Source: an uncultured archaeon (GTDB lineage: Archaea > Asgardarchaeota > Thorarchaeia > Thorarchaeales > Thorarchaeaceae). From it: DNA of 19,244 nucleotides. The stretch spans positions 1 through 19,244 of the forward strand of contig CAYWJO010000057.1 in the NCBI GenBank assembly GCA_964458565.1, in the 5' to 3' direction. The notes under the pieces are model-generated. The model was not told the origin of the DNA, did no database searches, and saw only the letters and a list, made by a program, of their open reading frames with translations. A program made the position numbers and the translations under genes. Of the stretch, positions 1 to 8,345 are shown piece after piece (within the stretch, counting starts at the first letter, position 1; every line of letters starts with the position of its first letter).

Positions 1-53
1 ATTTGTCTGACTAGGTCCGATTCGAAATAAAGTGTGTAATATGTTTGACGCAT
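1..53 (-). CDS. 5' end of a gene running off the left edge (MRQTYYTLYFESDLVRQ...), product unknown
   Basis: On the minus strand GGAGGT lies 3 nt before an ATG at 53. The frame is open to position 1. Not in the ORF track. Confidence 0.6.
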   Translation of the reverse strand, partial: MRQTYYTLYFESDLVRQ

Positions 54-100
54 TGTACCTCCTAGTGAAAGAATATTAAAAACCTCCCTTAATATAGGTG

Positions 101-265
101 AACCAATCTTTTTGGTTGACGCAATCCATTATTTAATAATTAATGGTTTGGAAAACAAATCTTTAAATACACATTAGTACACAATACATTTCGTTTGTAT
201 AACAAACCATTAACTGAAGGTGGCTGGATAGTTACATTATGTGACCCTAAATGGTGACCCTCAGT
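101..265. promoter_or_regulatory. AT-rich divergent promoter region with several inverted and direct repeats
   Basis: Inverted repeats: AACCAA/TTGGTT (101-117), CCATTA/TAATGG (126-146), TTAATGGTTTG (140-150)/CAAACCATTAA (203-213), GTTTGT/ACAAAC (193-207). Direct repeat GTGACCCT at 241 and 254. Confidence 0.5.
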
Positions 266-316
266 TGTGGCTTCGCGTTATATACTAACTATGATGGAAA
301 TGGAGTGTGAATAATT

Positions 317-418
317 ATGGCTCTAGCGAAAGACAATCCGCGTAAATTCGTGAAGAAGAACATGACAAAGGCTCCCACAGCGAAGGCTCTGGCACATGCC
401 TATATCTACCAAAGGTAG
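317..418 (+). CDS. 33-aa basic small protein or leader peptide (MALAKDNPRKFVKKNMTKAPTAKALAHAYIYQR)
   Basis: ATG at 317, TAG at 416-418, SD-like GGAGTGTGA at 302-310. Ends 37 nt before the MFS gene. Below the ORF-track cutoff. Confidence 0.5.
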   Translation: MALAKDNPRKFVKKNMTKAPTAKALAHAYIYQR

Positions 419-455
419 ACCCTATCCCGATAGTAATTAAAATTGGTGAAAAGAA

Positions 456-2021
456 GTGAGTCGAATCAAATCTGTCTTGGGACTCCCTGATGCACCTGAT
501 AAGGTCGCAAGACTTGGAAAGATCATGTTTACACTAGGTCCTCTTGGCAACTTCACGTTCACGATTAGTTCTACATTCTATATGATCTTCATAGCTGAGG
601 CTCTAGGCGGTGGCGATTATATTCAGGGTCTCGGTCTAGTAGGCACATTAGTCGTAATTCAGATGGCGGTCCAAATAATCTTGGACTATCCCAGCGGTGC
701 TTTGGGTGACTGGATTGGTCAGAGGTGGGTCATCGCGGCAGGCAACTTCTGCTATGCAATATCGTTCTTTATGGTATCACTTGTTACTTCAGCAACACCC
801 TTCTCATTTCTTATTGCGATTTATGTCTTGCAAGGATTTGCTAACTCCCAGATTAGTGGTGCTTGGGGCGCATGGTTCGATAATAACTATAGAGTTGCCA
901 TGCCCAGTGACGAGGACCGAAAACAGTATGGAGTCTTCTGGGGCCGCACAGGTATGATAATGCAAATAGTATCAACTGCTGCTCTTATTCCTGGAGCTAT
1001 ACTAGCTGTCACAGTTGGGCGTCCTTGGGTATTTCAGTTCCAAGCTGTTGGTGCAGCAATATTCTCACTGATGGTCTTGAAACTTGTACGTGACTTTCCA
1101 GAGGTCGAAGAGTTGCGTGAAGAGCGACCTTCAATGGTTGAATATGTCACCCTCCTCAAGAGTGGAGTTTCATATTTGTTTAGCAACAACTTCGTCAAAT
1201 ACATAATCCTTGGCAGCATGCTAGCAACGAGTACGATAATGGTTTGGGGTAATCTCATACTCTTTCCAATGTACTTTAGCTATCTACTAACTGATATTGC
1301 TGTGGCAGGGTATCGAACAATTCTCTTCGTTCCTGGAGTATTTACACAAGAGCGCTCAGGTGTCTGGTCTCAGAGATTCGAGCCCAGGAAGTGGATTCCA
1401 AGGTTCCGATTAATTCAGGCGTGTGGATTCGTGTTCTACATAGTATTATCAATTTTTATGCTCGTCTTTCCTCCAGTTGTAGACACAACCTTCATCAGCG
1501 TCACAATACCATTCACTGCAATCGAGATCTTACAGGTTCCTACTGCGAACATCATCCCCATTATTCTCATTGCATCAATGTTCTCTGTTACAATGCTCTT
1601 CGGTGGTTTCGCTGAAATACTAACTCAACGAGAACTCCTTGATGTGATTCCAAACAAAATCAGGAATAGTATGTACTCTCTATCTCCTACAATTGCTACT
1701 CTGTTCGCGATGCCTCAGATCGCAATCTTCGGGTGGTTAATTCCGATAATCGGATTCCCCACCACACTGGCAATGATTGGTTTCATTTCACTTATGGGAG
1801 TGGTTATGATTCGCTATGGACTTAATCAAGAAAAGCCAGAACGAACAGATCAGGACCTGTTAGCAAAATTAGCAGAATCTGAATCTACATCTTCTACCCT
1901 CGAAGAGGAGACTCCTCTATTAACGGTTGAAGAGGAATACATAGCTGTCCTTGATGCTCCTTCAGACTATATTGAAGTCTTCGAGGATAAGTTTTCTCTG
2001 GATAGAGAAAAACCTGAATGA
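456..2021 (+). CDS. MFS transporter (paralog 1) with acidic C-terminal tail
   Basis: About 12 hydrophobic segments, MFS motif A-like DYPSGALGDWIGQR, GTG start with GGTGA RBS. Confidence 0.9.
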   Translation: MSRIKSVLGLPDAPDKVARLGKIMFTLGPLGNFTFTISSTFYMIFIAEALGGGDYIQGLGLVGTLVVIQMAVQIILDYPSGALGDWIGQRWVIAAGNFCYAISFFMVSLVTSATPFSFLIAIYVLQGFANSQISGAWGAWFDNNYRVAMPSDEDRKQYGVFWGRTGMIMQIVSTAALIPGAILAVTVGRPWVFQFQAVGAAIFSLMVLKLVRDFPEVEELREERPSMVEYVTLLKSGVSYLFSNNFVKYIILGSMLATSTIMVWGNLILFPMYFSYLLTDIAVAGYRTILFVPGVFTQERSGVWSQRFEPRKWIPRFRLIQACGFVFYIVLSIFMLVFPPVVDTTFISVTIPFTAIEILQVPTANIIPIILIASMFSVTMLFGGFAEILTQRELLDVIPNKIRNSMYSLSPTIATLFAMPQIAIFGWLIPIIGFPTTLAMIGFISLMGVVMIRYGLNQEKPERTDQDLLAKLAESESTSSTLEEETPLLTVEEEYIAVLDAPSDYIEVFEDKFSLDREKPE

Positions 2022-2024
2022 GGG

Positions 2025-2585
2025 ATGAATATGGTCACGCCGAGTCTTCCCACTGTATCAATCTCTCTGAATAGTGGATTTTGGTGTGACTATTCTCTCA
2101 TATCACTGAGTACTGTTAGTGCTCTATTTATGCTCACTATTTCAAAAATAATGTACTCTCTGTTGAAAAGTGTTGGAATGATAGGGTCGGTCTTCCTATC
2201 TTCCCCTCCGGTTGCTATCAAACTCTCAGTATTTCCTAATGCTGCATTGTTCTTGATTGCAATCACTCTAATAGAAACTGGGTCTATTATTGGACTTGCT
2301 AAAACATTATCAGACTCCAAACTTTTGGTTCCTGCTTCATATGATAACGACTTAAGCATATTCTCAAACAATCCAATAGTCGGAGTGATACTTGTCTGTA
2401 TAGTCCTTCAGGCAGCCATCCTCGGGTGGTTGAATCCAGAGATTGGAATCCTAGTTTCTATTGCCTCTATTTGCATCATAATCTGTGTCGGAACAGTGAT
2501 GCTTCAAAGAGGACTTAGTCATAATGACTCGGTTTGGACCGAGTTTGTTGACACACACACTATCTCCGTAGCGGCCCTTGACTAG
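2025..2585 (+). CDS. Membrane protein; strongly diverged homolog of the C-terminal part of the neighbouring MFS transporters (possibly a decaying fragment)
   Basis: QAAILGWLNPEIG...GTVMLQRGLSH aligns by eye with QIAIFGWLIPIIG...GVVMIRYGLNQ (MFS1) and ...GVILIRHGLSQ (MFS2). GLAKTLSDSKLL resembles GFAEILTQRELL. Confidence 0.6.
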   Translation: MNMVTPSLPTVSISLNSGFWCDYSLISLSTVSALFMLTISKIMYSLLKSVGMIGSVFLSSPPVAIKLSVFPNAALFLIAITLIETGSIIGLAKTLSDSKLLVPASYDNDLSIFSNNPIVGVILVCIVLQAAILGWLNPEIGILVSIASICIIICVGTVMLQRGLSHNDSVWTEFVDTHTISVAALD

Positions 2586-2606
2586 TAGCTGGAGCCATGG
2601 GCCGCT
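2570..2606 (+). terminator. GC-rich hairpin spanning the stop codon of the 186-aa ORF; putative terminator
   Basis: AGCGGCCC (2570-2577) and GGGCCGCT (2599-2606) form a perfect inverted repeat. Confidence 0.45.
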
Positions 2607-2636
2607 CAATCCCTTATATTTTCTATAACGAGATAA

Positions 2637-2694
2637 TCACTGATGGTCACTGATGTGGTCACTAAGTCCCAATATTGGCATATTCAGTGACCAT
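2637..2694. promoter_or_regulatory. Operator-like repeat cluster (GGTCAC/GTGACC boxes)
   Basis: TCACTGATG at 2637 and 2647; GGTCAC at 2645 and 2657; 11-bp inverted repeat ATGGTCACTGA (2643-2653)/TCAGTGACCAT (2684-2694); palindrome CCAATATTGG (2669-2678). Confidence 0.5.
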
Positions 2695-2723
2695 TCCAAT
2701 ATTTCTTAGAGGTGTCAATTAGA

Positions 2724-2846
2724 TTGAGTCGCCTTGGAACATTCTTCGGTTTGAAACAGCAATTGATATGTCCTCTATCTCTACAGCGACCCCGTTTATT
2801 AATAATAATCAGGGGTCGCTCACCCTATATCGCGTTGACAAATTGA
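2724..2846 (+). pseudogene. Truncated 5' remnant of a further MFS paralog (40-aa ORF, MSRLGTFFGL...)
   Basis: GAGGTG RBS (2709-2714) and TTG start at 2724. The first 10 codons, MSRLGTFFGL, match MFS2 MSRLANFFGI and MFS1 MSRIKSVLGL. Similarity then stops abruptly. Confidence 0.6.
2785..2820. repeat. Inverted repeat enclosing an AT-rich TATA-like core upstream of MFS paralog 2
   Basis: AGCGACCCC (2785-2793) and GGGGTCGCT (2812-2820) flank GTTTATTAATAATAATCA. Confidence 0.55.
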
Positions 2847-2876
2847 TTAAAAAGATACATCTGGTGAGTGGTATTT

Positions 2877-4421
2877 ATGAGCAGACTTGCGAACTTCTTT
2901 GGTATTCCTGATGCAAACGATAAAATAATGCGTTTGGCGAAAGTCCTTATTGCAATTGGACCTTTAGCCAATTTTACTGTGGTCATGTCTTCTACTTTCT
3001 ACATGATTTTTGTAGCTGAAGCTCTTGGTGGTGGTACAGGATACGAATTCTATGTGAAAGGACTACAGTACGTTGGAATTCTAGTTGTTATCCAAATGGG
3101 TATTCAGATTTTACTAGACTATCCGACCGGAGCAATCGGAGATTGGATTGGTCAAAGATATATCATTACTTCTTCAACGCTATGTTACGCAATTGTGTTC
3201 TACATGATTTCGTTAGTCCAAATTGGTACTCCGTTTTGGTACCTCATTGTCATCTATCTTATTCAAGGATTCGCAAACTCACAGCAGAGTGGTGCATTCT
3301 CCTCATGGTTCGACAACAACTATCGCGTCGCGATGCCTGGTGATACTCAGAGAAAACAGTACGGGGTGTTTCTTGGGCGTTTGGGGATGGTGATGAGTAT
3401 TGTGTCTACTGTTGCTCTGATTCCGGGAAGCATTATTGCTGCAATACTCGGGAGACCTTTTGTTTTTCAGCTTCAGGCTTTTCTTTTGATAATAATTGCG
3501 ATTCTTGGCTTCTTTCTCATAGTTGACTTCCCCGAAGTTCGAGAGGCTCGACAAGGTCGTCCTTCTCTAAGTGAATATACTTCTGTATTAAGTGGCGGGG
3601 TGTCGTATCTATTTGAACATCCCTTCCTCAAATATATTATAATTGGAAGCATGCTAGCGGCTTCAAGCATTATAGTCTGGGGAAATCTAATCTTATTTCC
3701 GCTCTATTTTGGCTATCTTGTTACAGATGTAGCTGTCGCTAGTTTCAGAACACTTCTCTTCATCCCCGGTGTATTTTCTCAAGAGAGATCGGGTGTGTGG
3801 TCACAGCGCTTTGAATCGAAAATTTGGATTCCCCGATTTAGACTTCTTCAAACATGCGGACTAGTATTCTTTTGGATAGTTGGTTCAATCATGGCTTTCT
3901 TCCCACCTGCTCAGCCTGGTGATCCTACTTTTGATATTCTGTTTCCTTTTAGTGATATACCGCTTATCACATTACCTTATGTTTCAGTCATTCCAGTTCT
4001 TCTTTTACTCACAGCATTTGTTAGTACCAGTTTCTTCGGTGCATTCGCAGAAATTTTGACTCAAAGAGAATTACTTGATGCAATTCCGAATCGCATTAGA
4101 AATAGCATGTACTCACTCTCTCCTACAATAGCAACTCTATTTGCGCTGCCTCAAATTGCGATATTTGGTTGGCTAATTTCAAATATAGGATTCTCATTCA
4201 CGTTAATTCTGTGTGGACTAGTTTCACTAATCGGTGTTATTCTTATAAGACATGGTCTATCTCAAACAAAGCCGTTTGCACAAGACCATGGACCTATAGG
4301 CACCCCTGACCAAACTGAAAGAGAGTCAGAATTTAAAGAAGGTTGGTCTGATGATATTCTTGAAGACGATTCTTCAAGTAGCCTAGTTGATGAATGGACA
4401 TCCGATGACATAATTGATTGA
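2877..4421 (+). CDS. MFS transporter (paralog 2) with acidic C-terminal tail
   Basis: Long near-identical blocks shared with paralog 1 (WFDNNYRVAMP, QERSGVWSQRFE, RNSMYSLSPTIATLFA). Start moved from 2868 to ATG 2877 because of the GGTGA RBS at 2863-2867 and the matching MSR N-terminus. Confidence 0.9.
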   Translation: MSRLANFFGIPDANDKIMRLAKVLIAIGPLANFTVVMSSTFYMIFVAEALGGGTGYEFYVKGLQYVGILVVIQMGIQILLDYPTGAIGDWIGQRYIITSSTLCYAIVFYMISLVQIGTPFWYLIVIYLIQGFANSQQSGAFSSWFDNNYRVAMPGDTQRKQYGVFLGRLGMVMSIVSTVALIPGSIIAAILGRPFVFQLQAFLLIIIAILGFFLIVDFPEVREARQGRPSLSEYTSVLSGGVSYLFEHPFLKYIIIGSMLAASSIIVWGNLILFPLYFGYLVTDVAVASFRTLLFIPGVFSQERSGVWSQRFESKIWIPRFRLLQTCGLVFFWIVGSIMAFFPPAQPGDPTFDILFPFSDIPLITLPYVSVIPVLLLLTAFVSTSFFGAFAEILTQRELLDAIPNRIRNSMYSLSPTIATLFALPQIAIFGWLISNIGFSFTLILCGLVSLIGVILIRHGLSQTKPFAQDHGPIGTPDQTERESEFKEGWSDDILEDDSSSSLVDEWTSDDIID

Positions 4422-4504
4422 TGTAAATGGTGAAATTCAACTAATGTGCTAAATAGCAACAAAGTTAATACTCTTTCAGAACACAGAGAATTTGGTGTAA
4501 AATC

Positions 4505-5377
4505 ATGGCAGATAGACCACATTTCTTAGCGGTATCCTATTCTGATTCAGGTCTAAAGACTATGGATTATGAGAAGAAGATGGTCCGAGAGAAAGACGTT
4601 AAATTTGATAATGAAGATGGTTCAATAGAAGTAACTGACGTCCGTTTAGTCTGGTACAAGAAACCGAGTCGTTGGGGTGGAATGAAAGCAATCGGCGCTG
4701 TCGCTGGTGCGATAGCTGGAGCGGCTATCCTAGAGGGTGCTGGCCGTCAAGTTGGTGGTATTGGTGGTAGCCTTCTCAGAGGTGCTAGTCGCGGACTTGC
4801 TTATGCAGCAGTTGGTACTGCAATAAGTTCCTGGACACGTGATTCTTACTTGAATAAAGATAAGGATGGCAACACTGAGAGTCTTGCACTCCCATTAATT
4901 GCTATTAGCAATGCTGCTCAGAGTGGTAATCGGCTAATAGTTGATCTTGCTTCTGGTGGCAACATGGAATTCAACTTCAAACAAAAGAAAGTCATTCCTT
5001 CCGTAATTGCTAATATTACCGGAGCTCAAAAATCCGCTAAATGTCCATATTGCGGTGCTGGAGCAGCAGGTTTAGCTACCTGTTCAAATTGTGGTGGCAC
5101 GCTAGGTGACGCAGGTGGACCCGCTGCTGGGGCGATGGGCGGAGGAGTTTCAGGATCTGCATCGGTGACAAGACATGGTGATCGAATAACCGTTGAGGGT
5201 GATGGAGTAAGCGCGCAATACCATTTACGTGACACTGATGGTGATGGTGAACCTGATAGTGTTACTGTCGACTTTGGTGGCAGCCGTGGAGGAACTGGTG
5301 CGGGTTTCTGCAAAAACTGCGGGAATCCTCTCGATGCGGGTGATAAGTTCTGTGGAAAATGCGGCCAACGAATGTAG
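4505..5377 (+). CDS. PH-like (GRAM/GLUE-type) domain protein with glycine-zipper insert and two zinc-ribbon modules
   Basis: GSIEVTDVRLVW...SLALPLIAI...EFNF plus a helix fits a PH pattern. GxxxG repeats; CPYC/CSNC and CKNC/CGKC pairs; DTDGDG motif. Alternative start at 4562. Confidence 0.7.
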   Translation: MADRPHFLAVSYSDSGLKTMDYEKKMVREKDVKFDNEDGSIEVTDVRLVWYKKPSRWGGMKAIGAVAGAIAGAAILEGAGRQVGGIGGSLLRGASRGLAYAAVGTAISSWTRDSYLNKDKDGNTESLALPLIAISNAAQSGNRLIVDLASGGNMEFNFKQKKVIPSVIANITGAQKSAKCPYCGAGAAGLATCSNCGGTLGDAGGPAAGAMGGGVSGSASVTRHGDRITVEGDGVSAQYHLRDTDGDGEPDSVTVDFGGSRGGTGAGFCKNCGNPLDAGDKFCGKCGQRM

Positions 5378-5388
5378 AATTAATATGA

Positions 5389-6150
5389 TTATCTAAAGAG
5401 ATCTTCATCCTTGGGCCTGATAACGTCCTTTGCTCTCTCAGGCCCATCTTCATATTTATATCCTCTAAGAATAACGATTGGTATTCCTTCATCAGCTTGG
5501 CCCATTATATTTTCTGCAGCTGATGCAATCTCATCGATTTGGCATACCATCGAGCGCTGCAATTCGCGTCCGTAGAGGTCTCGCTTCCCTCTATTGTGTT
5601 TATACGCATTAATTCCTGCACATCCAATCGCTATGTTGATTGAACCCTTTCTCCAAGGTCTTCCTTGCGTATCTGTTATTATGACTGCAATATCTTTTCT
5701 CACCTGTTCCTTCAATTGCATTCGGATAATCTCCGCACTCTTATCGGGGTTCTTTGGAAGCAATATGAAATGTCCTTCAGGTGCATTTGATTTGTCCACA
5801 CCACTGAAATTACAGACTAATCCAGAATGAGTTTCAGTTATCAACGTTCGATCTTCTCTGATTATCTCTTTACTCTCTCTCAATGCAAGCTCAACATGAA
5901 CCGGATCGAATCCGTTTCTTTCGGCTATTTCTGAGGCTTTCTGTGATATACTTACAGATGAAGTCTTTACAATCCTTCCCTCCCATTTCGAAACTATAGT
6001 ATGTGCAAGAATCAGGATATCCATATTTTGGAGTTCAATATCTTCCTTAGTCAATGCTTGAACTATTTCTTTGACAAGGTCTGATATACTATCAATCCGA
6101 GGAAATCCAGAAATACCTATCAGATCAAGACTGTCAACTTCCAAGACCAA
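5389..6150 (-). CDS. cofE: Coenzyme F420-0:L-glutamate ligase
   Basis: Family motifs IVSKWEGR, NFSGVDKSN, LLPKNPDKSA, IITDTQGRPWRKG, DEIASAA..MGQADEGIPIVILRG. Confidence 0.92.
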   Translation of the reverse strand: MVLEVDSLDLIGISGFPRIDSISDLVKEIVQALTKEDIELQNMDILILAHTIVSKWEGRIVKTSSVSISQKASEIAERNGFDPVHVELALRESKEIIREDRTLITETHSGLVCNFSGVDKSNAPEGHFILLPKNPDKSAEIIRMQLKEQVRKDIAVIITDTQGRPWRKGSINIAIGCAGINAYKHNRGKRDLYGRELQRSMVCQIDEIASAAENIMGQADEGIPIVILRGYKYEDGPERAKDVIRPKDEDLFR

Positions 6151-6392
6151 TCACACTTTTTTGTATAGAGATATACTTGTTTAAGTACTGTAAACGCTTT
6201 ATAAAGACTGAAGAGCTTATTCTACCGCGCTAAGATAGCATCTAAGTGTATTCTATCTGCAAATAAGATATAAGCGGAATGAATAGATGGATGTATTGCT
6301 GAGAAGAAGGCTACTTAGACCGAAGAAACTGTATCTATAACCTTCAATAAATAGCAATCAGAAATTAAATCTGTAACCTTGAGGTGAAATGA

Positions 6393-8345
6393 GTGACTAA
6401 TAGTGGAAGCCAACCAACTGGTGATATCAAACAAGGCACAATAGCCAAGTTCATGCGAAAGAGAACACAACTTGTTGGCTTCGAAACTGGTCTGAACAAA
6501 CATACGCAGTATACGATAGAATTCCTAGACAATGCTATCGATGCGCTTGAGAGCTGGTGGTGGAAAACAAAGAAACATCCACGTTTGCAGGATGAATTAG
6601 ACCCGAAGCTTATTGAGGAAGTTCTTGAAAAACTCAAAGGTGAACTCATTGATACTATTGCTCTAAGCAAGCAACTTGAAAAAGATGTAAAATCTGGAAA
6701 AGAGGTAGAGATTCCACCGCGTCGAAAAGAATCTCTTGATGACCGCCTTACAACCTTCAGGAAATTTCTGGTTCCTTTTAGAGGATTCATTAAGAAAAGA
6801 GAGCCTCTTGTTGTGATGCAACTAACAGAAGTTCATATGCCTGACCTCGTCTCTTTAGATGATGAAGAAGGTTTCAAGGTATATGAATTCACATGCTTTG
6901 ATAATGGAGTTGGAATGGTACCAGTTGATTTGGAGAAATTCGGAATCTATCTTGCTTCTAGTAAATCCGAGAAACTTAGACAAACTCGTGGTAGTCAGGG
7001 ATTCGGAGCACCCTCTGCATTTAGTGATGCCCAAAATACTACAGGAAAACCCATTTTTGTTGTATCCAAAAGATACACCTCCGACAAAGCGACTGCTGCT
7101 GACTTTTACACTACGACAGCAAACACTAAGGATTATGTTGGTGGACCTGTTGAAATGGACTTACCACTCGAACATGGAACTTACATTAGACTAAACTTTC
7201 TCAACATTCAATATCGTCGAGGATACGCAGATATCTACTCAGAAATGGCGTCTCTGCTAAATTCTCATGTTACAATTATTTTCATTGATCCGTATGGTGA
7301 AATACATGTTCATCCTCGGAGAGTAAAGATATTTCCTGATGAACCCAAATACGCGCAACCTCATCCTGCAAGTATTAGAATTGGTGAGTTTCAGGATTTG
7401 CTTCGTGAAACTCCTGAGCTCGAACTGAAAGGGTTTCTAACTAAAGCCTTCTGTAGATTGAGTACAAATAAAGCAAGAACAATTCTAGAGAATGCAAATA
7501 AGGAATTACGAAAGCGACGACTTGACACCTTGAGTCTTAAGACTCCAACTGATTCACTTGATAAAGAGGAGGTAGAGCTTCTTTACAAATCATTTTCGAG
7601 TGAGGATTATATCGCCCCTCCAACCGACACAGTAGTAGCTGTAGGTGAGGAAGTCTTTGAGCAGACAATCCAAATGGCATACAAACCTGATTTTGTAGCG
7701 GCGGTGACACGAAAACCTACATCTGGAAAAGGGCTTTCATTTGCTGTAGAGGTGTGTATCGCATATGGTGGAGAGATAAAACCTGCATCATCTGCGCCAA
7801 CGGTTCTCTGGCGATTTGTAAATAGAGTACCAAAACTAAGAGATAACAGTGACTGTGCTACTTGGAAAGCATCGACTATGGTAAATTGGAGAAATTATAA
7901 AGTACAAACCTTTGACAATGGCATTCCTCGAGGTCCTATAATGGTCTTTATTCATGTTTGTGGTGCTTATGTCCATGTTATGTTCAAGGGTCAAAGTAAA
8001 CAAGCTTTAGCAGAAGATGAAGTACTCCTGAAAGAAATCAAGCTAGCTCTAGAAGATGCTGGTAGAAAATTCCGCAGGTATATCACTCGTCGTGAAACTG
8101 CAAGAAGGAAAGCCAAGAGAGCTGGCGTCTTAGCTATGTATGCTGATCAATTCGCTCAAAGTCTCGCAATAATTGCTAATGACGGACGTAAGAAACCACT
8201 ATTTGATCCTGAAGATGTTGCTCGAAAAATACGAGATTCAATTACAGGCTTTCAAACTACTGAGGATGAGGAAGAAGAAGAGGGTGACGATGAGCTTGTA
8301 ACGGATGAGGAGGAATCCGATGATGAGGAGGTTGTCGAAGAATGA
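6393..8345 (+). CDS. top6B: DNA topoisomerase VI subunit B (GHKL ATPase) with a large insertion and an acidic tail
   Basis: N-box EFLDNAIDA, DNGVG, SSK...QTRGSQGFG, HGT, PHP, RFVNRVP, WRNY and transducer FKGQSKQA. GAGGTGA RBS. Confidence 0.93.
   Translation: MTNSGSQPTGDIKQGTIAKFMRKRTQLVGFETGLNKHTQYTIEFLDNAIDALESWWWKTKKHPRLQDELDPKLIEEVLEKLKGELIDTIALSKQLEKDVKSGKEVEIPPRRKESLDDRLTTFRKFLVPFRGFIKKREPLVVMQLTEVHMPDLVSLDDEEGFKVYEFTCFDNGVGMVPVDLEKFGIYLASSKSEKLRQTRGSQGFGAPSAFSDAQNTTGKPIFVVSKRYTSDKATAADFYTTTANTKDYVGGPVEMDLPLEHGTYIRLNFLNIQYRRGYADIYSEMASLLNSHVTIIFIDPYGEIHVHPRRVKIFPDEPKYAQPHPASIRIGEFQDLLRETPELELKGFLTKAFCRLSTNKARTILENANKELRKRRLDTLSLKTPTDSLDKEEVELLYKSFSSEDYIAPPTDTVVAVGEEVFEQTIQMAYKPDFVAAVTRKPTSGKGLSFAVEVCIAYGGEIKPASSAPTVLWRFVNRVPKLRDNSDCATWKASTMVNWRNYKVQTFDNGIPRGPIMVFIHVCGAYVHVMFKGQSKQALAEDEVLLKEIKLALEDAGRKFRRYITRRETARRKAKRAGVLAMYADQFAQSLAIIANDGRKKPLFDPEDVARKIRDSITGFQTTEDEEEEEGDDELVTDEEESDDEEVVEE

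Noticed and set aside
2637-2666. CRISPR array or transposon ends
   Set aside because: The repeats are only 6-11 bp, with no spacers, cas genes, transposase or target-site duplication.
8320-8345. Frameshift fusion of top6B and top6A into a Topo VIII-like single chain
   Set aside because: No slippery heptamer is present and the A frame has a TGA at 8324. The ATGA overlap is ordinary translational coupling.
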